Shown here piece by piece: positions 8,600 through 17,181 of a stretch of DNA of 64,000 bases. The translations under genes and the position numbers were made by a program. Numbering within the stretch: position 1 is the stretch's first letter; every line of letters starts with the position of its first letter. Origin of the DNA: an uncultured Eubacteriales bacterium. GTDB lineage: Bacteria; Acidobacteriota; Aminicenantia; Aminicenantales; Saccharicenantaceae. The stretch covers positions 5,659 to 69,658 of the forward strand of contig CAZFZU010000003.1 of assembly GCA_964523615.1 (NCBI GenBank), given 5' to 3'. The notes beneath the pieces are model-generated. The model was given only the letters and a program-made list of their open reading frames with translations. It had not been told where the DNA came from and searched no databases.

Positions 8600-10906
8600 A
8601 TGATCAAAGCACCCCGGGCCGTGACGGCCCTGCTCTCAGCCCTCCTCTGTCTCTTCACCGCTGCCGCCGCGGCCGCTCCGCCCCAAGTTCAGGCCCCGGC
8701 CAAGCCGGAGCGGGTCGAGTCGGCCCGCTTCGACGTCCCCAAGGCCGCGACACCGATCAGGGTCGACGGCGTCCTCGACGAGGAGGCCTGGACGGCCGCA
8801 CCGAAGATCCCCCTGCCGTTCGAATGGCAGCCCGGCGACAACATCCCGTCCCCCGTGGACACCGAATGCCTCGTTACTTACGACCTCCACAACCTCTACG
8901 TCGCTTTCCGCTGCTTCGATCCCGAGCCGGGGAAGATCCGGGCCCACCTCATGGACCGCGACGACACCGACACCCTCATCATGGACGACCACGTCAGCTT
9001 CATGGTCGACTCCTTCAACGACGAGCGGCGCGGCTTCCAGTTCCGGGTCAATCCCATGGGCGTCCAGGCCGACGCCAACTTCAGCGAGCTCGAAGGCTAC
9101 GAGGACTTCTCCTGGGACGCCATCTGGAAGGCGTCGGCGAAGATCACGGACTGGGGCTGGGCCGTCGAAGTGGCCATCCCGCTCGGCCAGCTCCGCTTCC
9201 GCCGCTCCGACGGGCCCCAGACCTGGGGCTTCGAGGCCGAGCGGTCCTGGCCGCGCGCCACGCGCCACCGGATGACCTCCCACGTCCGGTCGCGGAACGT
9301 CAACTGCATCCTCTGCCAGTTCAACAAGCTGACCGGTTTCGAGGGCGTCGTGCCCGGCCAGAACATCGAGCTGACGCCGACCGTCACGGCCGTCCGGACC
9401 GATGCCATGGACATGGGCGGTTATCCCGACGGTTCCCTCGCCCGCGGCGACATCAAGGACGACTACGGGCTGACCGCCAAGTGGGGCATCACGCCCAACC
9501 TCATCCTCAACGGCACGGTCAATCCCGATTTCTCCCAGGTCGAGGCCGACGTCGCCCAGCTCGAGATCAACCGCCGCTTCGCCCTGTTCTATCCCGAGAA
9601 GCGCCCGTTCTTCCTCGAGGGCGCCGACTTCTTCCTGACCCCGCTCCAGGCCGTCTTCACCCGGACCGTGGCCGATCCGCTCTGGGGGACCAAGCTGACC
9701 GGCAAGTCCGGCCGCACGGCCATGGGCGTCTTCGCCGCCCAGGACGAGATGACCAACCTCATCTTCCCTTCGAACCAGGGCTCGATGCAGGGCTCCCTCG
9801 ATCAGTCGACCACGGGCGGCGTCTTCCGCCTGCGCCAGGACGTCGGCCGGGCCTCGACGCTGGGCGTCCTCTACACCGGCCGGATGGGGAACGACTACGG
9901 CAACCACGTCGCCGGGGCGGACGGTTTCTTCCGGCTCGACCGCAAGAACTTGGTCGTCGTCCAGTTCCTGCACTCGGAGACCGAGTATCCCGGCGCCGTG
10001 GCCGAGGCCTACGGCCAGCGCGAGGGCCGCTTCGGAGGCAACGCCGCCACCGTCCAGTTCCAGCACTTCTCGCGGGATTGGATCTTCGCCCTGGCGTACC
10101 AGGACCTGTCCCCGGGCTTCCGGGCCGATTACGGTTTCGTGCCGCGGGTCGATACCCGGCAGGGCAACGCGACGATCTTCCGCCAGTTCTGGGGCAAGGC
10201 CAAGGACTGGTTCAACCTCATCCGCCTCGGCGTCGCCGGCGAGGTCGTCTACGACCACGGCGGGCGGCTGACCGACCGCGGCCTGATCCTCGGCCTGATG
10301 TACCAGGGCGACCTGGAGAGCGTGGTCAACGTCCACGCCAACTTCACGCGCACCTTCTACGACGGGCAGTATTTCGACGCCGTCAACGGCGACCTCGTGT
10401 TCCGCATCCGCCCCTTCAACGGGGCTCAGGCCGGCTTCCAGGCCCAGGCCGGGCAGACCATCGATTACGCCAACGCCCGGCTGGCCCAGGGTCTCTCGGT
10501 CGGTCCCAATCTCTCGCTCAACATGTTCCGGCGGCTCAACCTGGTGGCCGCCCACGCCTACGAGCGCCTGTCCTACCAAGGCGAGACGGTCTACATCGCG
10601 AACTTGAGCCAGCTCAAGCTCGTCTGGAACTTCAGCGTCCGCTCCTTCGTCCGGGCCATCCTCCAGTACGGCGACCAGAAGCAGAACCCCGCCCTCTACG
10701 GCTTCCCCGTGGACTCGCGGAGCCGGGGCCTGTTCACCCAGTTCCTGTTCTCCTACAAGCTCAATCCGCGGACGGTCCTGTTCCTGGGGTATTCCGACAA
10801 TTCCCTGGGCGGCGTCTTCGACAGCTGGCTGGGGCCGGACCGCGTCGGCCTGACCCGGACCGACCGGACCTTCTTCCTGAAGATCGGGTACGCCTGGCAG
10901 ATCTGA
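8600..10906 (+). CDS. DUF5916 domain protein with N-terminal carbohydrate-binding-family-9-like domain
   Basis: Signal peptide. IRVDGVLDEEAWTAAPKIPLPFEWQPGDN and YVAFRCFDPEPGKIRAHLMDRDD motifs typical of CBM9-like/DUF5916 proteins. 769 aa. Confidence 0.7.
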   Translation: MIKAPRAVTALLSALLCLFTAAAAAAPPQVQAPAKPERVESARFDVPKAATPIRVDGVLDEEAWTAAPKIPLPFEWQPGDNIPSPVDTECLVTYDLHNLYVAFRCFDPEPGKIRAHLMDRDDTDTLIMDDHVSFMVDSFNDERRGFQFRVNPMGVQADANFSELEGYEDFSWDAIWKASAKITDWGWAVEVAIPLGQLRFRRSDGPQTWGFEAERSWPRATRHRMTSHVRSRNVNCILCQFNKLTGFEGVVPGQNIELTPTVTAVRTDAMDMGGYPDGSLARGDIKDDYGLTAKWGITPNLILNGTVNPDFSQVEADVAQLEINRRFALFYPEKRPFFLEGADFFLTPLQAVFTRTVADPLWGTKLTGKSGRTAMGVFAAQDEMTNLIFPSNQGSMQGSLDQSTTGGVFRLRQDVGRASTLGVLYTGRMGNDYGNHVAGADGFFRLDRKNLVVVQFLHSETEYPGAVAEAYGQREGRFGGNAATVQFQHFSRDWIFALAYQDLSPGFRADYGFVPRVDTRQGNATIFRQFWGKAKDWFNLIRLGVAGEVVYDHGGRLTDRGLILGLMYQGDLESVVNVHANFTRTFYDGQYFDAVNGDLVFRIRPFNGAQAGFQAQAGQTIDYANARLAQGLSVGPNLSLNMFRRLNLVAAHAYERLSYQGETVYIANLSQLKLVWNFSVRSFVRAILQYGDQKQNPALYGFPVDSRSRGLFTQFLFSYKLNPRTVLFLGYSDNSLGGVFDSWLGPDRVGLTRTDRTFFLKIGYAWQI

Positions 10907-10987
10907 ACGGACCGCCCGGCGGCTGGACAGGGGCCGTCCCCATCTGGTACATTGCCCTCTCGCACCGGCGCTGAAAGGAGCCCCGTC

Positions 10988-11383
10988 ATGAGAAGATCCC
11001 TGTCTGTCGCCGCCGTTCTCTTGATCGCCGCGGCCCTGGTCCCGGCCCTGGGCGGGCAGGCCGCCCGGAAGCCCGACATCCTCGGCACCTGGACCGGCTA
11101 CGCCCTCTCCCCGGGCATGAGGTTCGAGCTGACCGTCGTCTTCGGCCGGACGGAAGCGGGTTACTCCGGCGTCCTCAGCGACGCCGACGGGATGATCGCC
11201 GAGACGCCCCTGCGGGACATCGTCTTCAAGGACGGCCGCGTGACCTGCGCCTTCGACCTCGACATGGGCGGCGACGTGATGTTCATCAAGCTCGAGATGG
11301 CCCTGGAGGGGGAGGTGCTCAAGGGCAGCTGGTTCGACGCCGAGGGCAACTCCGACGTCATCGAGCTGACCCTCAAGAAGTGA
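10988..11383 (+). CDS. small secreted hypothetical protein
   Basis: ORF with signal peptide MRRSLSVAAVLLIAAALVPALG. No recognisable family. Confidence 0.45.
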   Translation: MRRSLSVAAVLLIAAALVPALGGQAARKPDILGTWTGYALSPGMRFELTVVFGRTEAGYSGVLSDADGMIAETPLRDIVFKDGRVTCAFDLDMGGDVMFIKLEMALEGEVLKGSWFDAEGNSDVIELTLKK

Positions 11384-11429
11384 CGGGGCGCGCCGGCGGG
11401 CCCGGCCCGCATCGCCCCGGGAGAGCGAC

Positions 11430-12674
11430 ATGAGCGGCAACGTCTACGACGAGCTCAAGGAGCGCGGCTTCGTCGCCCAGGTCTCCGACGAGGAGGCCGT
11501 GCGCAAGATGCTGGGCGGCGGGCCGGCCACCTTCTACATCGGCTTCGACAGCACGGCCACGAGCCTGCACGCCGGCAGCTTGGTGCCCATCATGGCCATG
11601 GTCCACCTGCGGCGAGCCGGCCACCGGGCCATCGCCGTCGTCGGCGGCGGCACGACCATGGTCGGCGACCCCAGCGGCCGGACCGAGCTGCGCCAGATGC
11701 TCGACGAGGCCACCATCCGGGCCCAAGGCCAGGCCATCCTCATCCAGCTCTCCCGCTACCTCCACTTCGACGGGCAGTCAGCCATCGCCGTGGACAACGC
11801 CGACTGGCTCCTGCCCCTCCCGTACATCGGCTTCCTGCGCGACATCGGACGGCACTTCAGCGTCAACCGCATGCTGGCCGCCGAGGCCTACAAGCTCCGC
11901 CTGGAGAAGGGCCTGTCGTTCATCGAGTTCAACTACCAGCTCCTGCAGGCCTACGACTACCTGACCCTCTACCGCAAGTACGGCTGCACCCTGCAGATGG
12001 GCGGCGACGACCAGTGGGGGAACATCCTGGCCGGGATCGACCTCATCCGCCGCGTCGAGGGCGGCGCGGCCGAAGCCCTGACCTTCCCCCTGCTGACCAC
12101 GGCTACCGGGGCCAAGATGGGCAAGACGGCCCAGGGCGCCGTCTGGCTCGACGGTGGCCAGTTCAGCCCGTACGATTTCTACCAGTACTGGGTCAACTGC
12201 GACGATAGGGACGTCGGCCGCTTCCTGCGCATCTTCACCCTGCTGCCGCTCGACGAGGTCCGGCGCCTGGAGTGCCTCAAGGACGCGGGCCTCAACGAGG
12301 CCAAGCGGGTCCTGGCCTACGAGGCGACCAAGATCACCCACGGGGAGCTCGAGGCCGACAAGGCCCGCAAGGCCGCCGGGGCGGCTTTCGGCGGTCCGTC
12401 GGGCGCGTCCGGCGACTTGGCCGATCTGCCCACGACGGCCGTGCCGCGGGCCCGGCTCGAGGCGGGCGTCCCGCCGGCCGGACTGTTCACCGAGGTCGGC
12501 CTGACCCCCTCGCGCAAGGAGGCCAAGCGGATGATCGAGCAGGGCGGGCTCTACGTCAACGACGTGCGCGTCGACTCGACCGAGCGCCTGATCACGGTCC
12601 GTGACCTGGGGCCGGGCGGGGATCTCCTGCTCAAGGCCGGCAAGAAGAAGGTCCACCGGATCGTCCCGGCCTGA
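11430..12674 (+). CDS. tyrS: tyrosine--tRNA ligase
   Basis: Class I aaRS. KMSKS-type motif KMGKT. TyrS-like N-terminus (YIGFDSTATSLHAGSL) and C-terminal S4-like domain (LYVNDVRV). Confidence 0.9.
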   Translation: MSGNVYDELKERGFVAQVSDEEAVRKMLGGGPATFYIGFDSTATSLHAGSLVPIMAMVHLRRAGHRAIAVVGGGTTMVGDPSGRTELRQMLDEATIRAQGQAILIQLSRYLHFDGQSAIAVDNADWLLPLPYIGFLRDIGRHFSVNRMLAAEAYKLRLEKGLSFIEFNYQLLQAYDYLTLYRKYGCTLQMGGDDQWGNILAGIDLIRRVEGGAAEALTFPLLTTATGAKMGKTAQGAVWLDGGQFSPYDFYQYWVNCDDRDVGRFLRIFTLLPLDEVRRLECLKDAGLNEAKRVLAYEATKITHGELEADKARKAAGAAFGGPSGASGDLADLPTTAVPRARLEAGVPPAGLFTEVGLTPSRKEAKRMIEQGGLYVNDVRVDSTERLITVRDLGPGGDLLLKAGKKKVHRIVPA

Positions 12675-12760
12675 CCCGTCCAGGCCCGAGAATTCCTTTG
12701 CCTTGACCGGCCCGTTATGGTTAACTATGGCGGCCGTCCGCACGGCCCAAGGAGAACGAC

Positions 12761-13789
12761 ATGAAACACGCCATCGCCATCATCCTGGCCTCGACGCTGG
12801 CCGTCGCCGGCTGCTCGTCGAAGGCCGAACAGTTCACCCTCAAGCAGGGCACGCCCGCCTACGACCTGGCCGTCGAGCTGGGCAAGACGATGCCGGCCCT
12901 GGCCCCCGGCCAGAAAACGGTCATGGTCCAAGCCAAGGGCTTCACCATCACGGCCGCCGAGGTCATCCAGGCCATCCGCGACAACTTGGGCACCCGGACC
13001 GAAGGCCTCAAGCAGCTCGACGCGGGCCAACTGAAGCGGGTCCTCGAGCAGGGCGCCGCGACGCTCGGCGAGCGCAAGCTCCTGCTGGCCGCCGCCAAGG
13101 CGGCCAAGGCCGTGCTGCCGGCCGGAGAGCTCGAGGCCGCCCTCAAGTCCGAATACGACCAGGCCGGCGGCGAGGCCAATTTCCTGGAGGAGCTCAAGAA
13201 GGCCGACATCTCCATCGACCACGTCAAGACGAGCGTCGGCGAGACCCTGCTCATCAACGCCTATTTCAAGGGCCTCGACGAGGCCGGCCTCAAGGTGGAC
13301 GAAGCCGATCTCCGCGCCGCCTACGACGAGGCCGCCCGGACCGACCAGACGGCCACGGTCCGGCACATCCTCTTCCTGACCCAGAATAAGACCGATGACG
13401 AGAAAGCCGAGGTCCGCAAGGCGGCCGAGGCCGTCCTGGCGAAGGCCCAGGCCGGCGAGGACTTCGCCGCGCTGGCCAAGCAGTACTCCGAGGACCCCGG
13501 TTCGAAGGACAACGGCGGCCTGTACGAGAACTTCCCCAAGGGGCAGATGGTCAAGCCCTTCGAGGACGCCTCGTTCTCCATCCCCATCGGCGGGCTGAGC
13601 GGCCTGGTCGAGACGACCTTCGGCTACCACATCATCCAGGTCGTCGACCGCAAGAAGGAGACCCGGACGTTCGAGGAGGCCAAGGCCGGCCTCGAGGCCA
13701 AGCTCCTGCAGGACAAGCGCGGGACCCTGGTCCAGGACACCCTGAAGGCCCTCAAGGACAAGGCCCAGTTCAAACTCGTCGAGCTCTGA
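12761..13789 (+). CDS. parvulin-type peptidyl-prolyl cis-trans isomerase lipoprotein (SurA/PrsA-like)
   Basis: Lipobox (LAVAGCSS). C-terminal PpiC domain (ATVRHILFL...GGLSGLVETTFGYHIIQV). Confidence 0.8.
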   Translation: MKHAIAIILASTLAVAGCSSKAEQFTLKQGTPAYDLAVELGKTMPALAPGQKTVMVQAKGFTITAAEVIQAIRDNLGTRTEGLKQLDAGQLKRVLEQGAATLGERKLLLAAAKAAKAVLPAGELEAALKSEYDQAGGEANFLEELKKADISIDHVKTSVGETLLINAYFKGLDEAGLKVDEADLRAAYDEAARTDQTATVRHILFLTQNKTDDEKAEVRKAAEAVLAKAQAGEDFAALAKQYSEDPGSKDNGGLYENFPKGQMVKPFEDASFSIPIGGLSGLVETTFGYHIIQVVDRKKETRTFEEAKAGLEAKLLQDKRGTLVQDTLKALKDKAQFKLVEL

Positions 13790-13934
13790 TCCGCCGGCCC
13801 CGGCCGGCCCGGCGATGAGGGAGCGGGCCGGGCCTCACCTCTCGGGGGGAGGCCGCTGACCGCCCGAATTCCTCCCTTGCGGGGATTGCGGCCCCGGGCC
13901 GAGGCGGCTAAGATGGCAGAATAGAGGAGGCACC

Positions 13935-14558
13935 ATGAAAAAGCTCACGACGATCCTGCTGGTCGCGGCCTTCGCCGGGCTGCTGCTCATGCCCCGGCCC
14001 GCCGCCGCCAGCGTCCAGTTCGGCCTCAAGGCCGGCGGCAACATGGCCAAGCCGACCGGCGCCGACGCCGACGACCCCATGGCCACCCTGAAATCCAGGG
14101 TCGGCTTCACGGGCGGCATCTTCCTGGCCTTCAACTTCGGCCGCGTCGTCACCATCCAGTCCGAGGTCCTGTACACGATGAAGGGCGCCACCTACGTGGC
14201 CCTCGACGATTCCTACACGGACAAGCTGAGCGCCGACTACATCGAGATCCCGCTGCTGCTCAAGCTGCGCATCCCCACGCCGGTCGTCCAGCCCTTCGTC
14301 TTCGCCGGCCCGTCCGTGGGCTTCAAGCTCAAGGAGAAGCTGGAGAGCGACGGCGAGGAGATCCCCCTCGACGAGGCCCTGCTCAAGAACAACGACTACG
14401 GCGCCATCTTCGGGGCCGGCCTGAACCTGGGGCGGAACTTCATGGTCGACGTCCGCTACAGCCTGGGCCTGCAGAAGGTCATCAACACCTTCGAGGGCGA
14501 GGTCGAGCCCGACTTCAAGAACGGCGTCTGGTCGGCCACCATCGGCATCGCGTTCTGA
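13935..14558 (+). CDS. outer membrane beta-barrel protein (OmpA-like N-terminal barrel / porin family)
   Basis: Signal peptide, alternating hydrophobic beta-strand pattern, C-terminal aromatic residue (IGIAF). AGGAGG RBS upstream. Confidence 0.65.
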   Translation: MKKLTTILLVAAFAGLLLMPRPAAASVQFGLKAGGNMAKPTGADADDPMATLKSRVGFTGGIFLAFNFGRVVTIQSEVLYTMKGATYVALDDSYTDKLSADYIEIPLLLKLRIPTPVVQPFVFAGPSVGFKLKEKLESDGEEIPLDEALLKNNDYGAIFGAGLNLGRNFMVDVRYSLGLQKVINTFEGEVEPDFKNGVWSATIGIAF

Positions 14559-14583
14559 CCGCCCGGACCGGTCCGTCTTCTCC

Positions 14584-14620
14584 GCGGCGCTGCCGCCCGC
14601 GCGGCGGCGCCGCTTTTCAT
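14584..14620 (+). terminator. rho-independent terminator candidate (GC hairpin then TTTTCATTT)
   Basis: GCGGCGCUGCCGC / GCGGCGGCGCCGC inverted repeat followed by a T-run, downstream of the OMP gene. Confidence 0.45.
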
Positions 14621-14635
14621 TTAAGGAGAGCGCCC

Positions 14636-15112
14636 ATGAGCCCGACCTTCAAGAACCCCGGCCGCGTCGCGTTCACCGGCACGATCGCCGCCCACGAGGG
14701 CGGCGGGGCCTTCGTCGCGTTCCCCCACGACGTCGAGAAGCTCTTCGGGGTCAAAGGCCGGGTCCCGGTCCGGGTGACCTTCGACGGCGTCGCCTACCGG
14801 GGCTCCATGGTCCGGATGGGGATGCCCAAGCACATCCTTCTCATTCTCAAGGAGATACGCGAGTCCCTGGGCAAAGGTCCCGGCGACCGGGTCGAGGTCA
14901 CCGTCGAGCTCGACGAGGCCCCGCGCGTCGTCGACCTGGCCCCGGACGTCGAGGCCGCCTACCGCCGGGGCAAGGTCCTCGATATCTATCGCAAACAGTC
15001 CTTCAGCCACCAGCGGGAACGGAACTTGTGGATCGAGGAGGCCAAACAGGCCGCGACGCGGGCCCGCCGCATCGCCAAGTCCGTCGACGACCTCCGCGGC
15101 AGCAAGGGCTGA
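14636..15112 (+). CDS. DUF1905 domain plus YdeI/OmpD-associated (bacteriocin-protection-like) family protein
   Basis: 158 aa. Sequence pattern recalled from DUF1905 (AFVAFPHDVEKLFGVKGRVPVRVTFDGV) and a YdeI-like C-terminus. Confidence 0.55.
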   Translation: MSPTFKNPGRVAFTGTIAAHEGGGAFVAFPHDVEKLFGVKGRVPVRVTFDGVAYRGSMVRMGMPKHILLILKEIRESLGKGPGDRVEVTVELDEAPRVVDLAPDVEAAYRRGKVLDIYRKQSFSHQRERNLWIEEAKQAATRARRIAKSVDDLRGSKG

Positions 15113-15133
15113 CCGTGGCCCCCCGGCCGGCCT

Positions 15134-16015
15134 TCAGCGGATGTACAGGTAGATGTAGTGGTTCTCGCCGTCCTCGTCCTTGACCGTCTCCACGAGCTTC
15201 TGCTTGGCTTCCCAGCCCGGGATGGAATAATTGTGGCAGACGACCCGGCTCTTGGGCCTCAGCTGCGTCTCGAGGATCGGCCTCATGAGGGCGTTGGATT
15301 CGGGCAGCAGGTACAGGCTGACGACCGTGGCCTCGGAGATGTCGGCCTTGGTCGCGTCCAGAGAGAGGAAGCGGACCTTGTCGCCGACCCCGGCGGCCGC
15401 GGCGTTGCGCTCCGACTCCGCGACCATGGCCGGGTCGATGTCGATGCCCACGCCCCGGGCGCCGTAGCGCCGGGCGGCCGTGATGACGATGCGGCCGTCG
15501 CCGCAGCCGATGTCGTAGAGGACGTCCGTGCCGTTCAGGGCGGCCAGCTCGAGCATCCGGTCGACGACCGGGGCCGGCGTCGGCACCCAGGGGGCGAGGT
15601 CGACGGCGTCGTCCCGGCCATGCGAGCCGAGGAAGAGGTCGACCGTCTCGCCCTCGTCGTAGCGGAAGGAATAGGGGCTGCCCGGATCGAGCGAGTAGAC
15701 GGCGTCCTTTTGGCCCGTGGCGAACTCGACCTCGAGCGCCACGGAGGTGGGGTAGCGGTCGACGGCGTCCGGGGCGATCTCGCGCGTCTCGATGGCCTCG
15801 GGGCGGCCGGCAGGATAGACGCGGTAGACGATGGTCCGGTCGGTGACGTTGCGGACGGTCGTCTCCCTGAGGGCCAGGTCCGCGGCCGTGGCCGCGGCCG
15901 AAGGCGGGGGAGCGGGCTCGGGCCCGCGGCGGCAGGCTGGGACGGCCAGGGCGGCGGCGATCAGGGCGATGAGCGCGGCGGCGCGGGCGAGATCGGTTCT
16001 GCGCGGCATGGGCAC
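15134..16015 (-). CDS. class I SAM-dependent methyltransferase, lipoprotein
   Basis: SAM-binding motif VLYDIGCGDGRIV...GVGIDIDP. N-terminal lipobox-like LAVPAC. Confidence 0.75.
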   Translation of the reverse strand: MPMPRRTDLARAAALIALIAAALAVPACRRGPEPAPPPSAAATAADLALRETTVRNVTDRTIVYRVYPAGRPEAIETREIAPDAVDRYPTSVALEVEFATGQKDAVYSLDPGSPYSFRYDEGETVDLFLGSHGRDDAVDLAPWVPTPAPVVDRMLELAALNGTDVLYDIGCGDGRIVITAARRYGARGVGIDIDPAMVAESERNAAAAGVGDKVRFLSLDATKADISEATVVSLYLLPESNALMRPILETQLRPKSRVVCHNYSIPGWEAKQKLVETVKDEDGENHYIYLYIR

Positions 16016-16066
16016 CTCCCGTCGGGGCCATTGTAACAGAAACGCCCGAGTTCCCCTCTCTCGGGC

Positions 16067-16099
16067 AAAAAAAAGGCCGGCCGGGAGGTCCCGGCCGGC
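16067..16099 (-). terminator. rho-independent terminator of the TPR gene
   Basis: On the minus strand GCCGGCCGGGACCUCCCGGCCGGC hairpin followed by U8, then a second hairpin (16044..16066). Confidence 0.6.
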
Positions 16100-16124
16100 G
16101 GTTCGAGTGCGGCGTAAGCGGGGA

Positions 16125-17090
16125 TTACTTCTTGATGGCGTCCAGAATGGCCTTGGCCTGGGCCGTCCGCTCCGTCTCGGGCTCGAGCTTGATGAACTTC
16201 TCGAGGTTCTCGGCGGCCTTGGCGTTGTCGCCCTTGTTCAGGTAGGCGAAGGCCACGCGGAGGTAGGGGTCGGCCCAGTCGGGCTTGATCTGGCTGGCCA
16301 TCTCGAAGTAGCGGATGGCGTCGTCGATCTGCTGGTTGGAGAAATAGATCTCGGCCACGTTGTAGGGCAGGTTCTCGTCCTGGGGGGCCATGTCGATGGA
16401 CTTCTTGAAGTAGTCCTGGGACTCGGCGAGCTTGCCCTGCTTCAGGTAGCACAGGCCGATGGCCGCCAGGCCCTTGGCGGCCATGTTCTTGCCCATGGCC
16501 GAGTCGGTGCCGGACTGTTCGATGAGCTGGTTGTACTTCTGGATGGCCGTGTCGTACTCGCCCTTCTCCCGGTAGCAGTCGCCGATGTTCAGCAGGACCT
16601 GGTAGGCCCCGGGGTTCTTGGACAGGAACTCCTCGTACATCATCAGGGCCGTGTCGTACTTGCCGTCCTTGAAGAAGGCGTTGCCCTCCTCGAGGACCTG
16701 GAAGGTGGCCTCGTCCTGGACGATACCCGAGCCGGCGGCCTCCTGCTCGAGCTTGAGGACGATCTTGGGGTTCTTGTCGAGCTGCGAGATGCGTATGCTC
16801 GTCGAGACGGGGAGATAGCCCTTGGCGCTGGCCGTGATGATCCAGCTGCCGGTCCCGACGCCCATGATGCCCCAGTCGCCCTTCTTGTCGGTGGTCGCTT
16901 CGAAGGTCGTGCCGCCCGGCTGGTCGAAGACGGCCGTGATCTTGGCCTCAGCCACGGGCTTGCCGGCCTTGTCGACGACCGAGCCGCCCATGCGGGCGAT
17001 GCCGCGGCCCGCCTGGGCCAGGGCCAGGCCGGCCGTGAAGATGAGGATCGCGGCGCCGGCCGCGACTTTCGCGGATGACCGATATGTCAT
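16125..17090 (-). CDS. carboxypeptidase-regulatory-like domain plus TPR repeat protein, secreted
   Basis: Signal peptide. N-terminal CarboxypepD_reg-like beta-sandwich (GGSVVDKAGKPVAEAKITAV). TPR units (YQVLLNIGDCYREKGEYDTAIQKY...). Confidence 0.6.
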   Translation of the reverse strand: MTYRSSAKVAAGAAILIFTAGLALAQAGRGIARMGGSVVDKAGKPVAEAKITAVFDQPGGTTFEATTDKKGDWGIMGVGTGSWIITASAKGYLPVSTSIRISQLDKNPKIVLKLEQEAAGSGIVQDEATFQVLEEGNAFFKDGKYDTALMMYEEFLSKNPGAYQVLLNIGDCYREKGEYDTAIQKYNQLIEQSGTDSAMGKNMAAKGLAAIGLCYLKQGKLAESQDYFKKSIDMAPQDENLPYNVAEIYFSNQQIDDAIRYFEMASQIKPDWADPYLRVAFAYLNKGDNAKAAENLEKFIKLEPETERTAQAKAILDAIKK

Positions 17091-17181
17091 GACTGCCTCC
17101 TGCAAATGATCGGACCACGACCATTATCCCTTCCCGGGGGCTTTTTTTCAAGGGCGGGCCGGGGAGAGGGCCCGGCCGGGC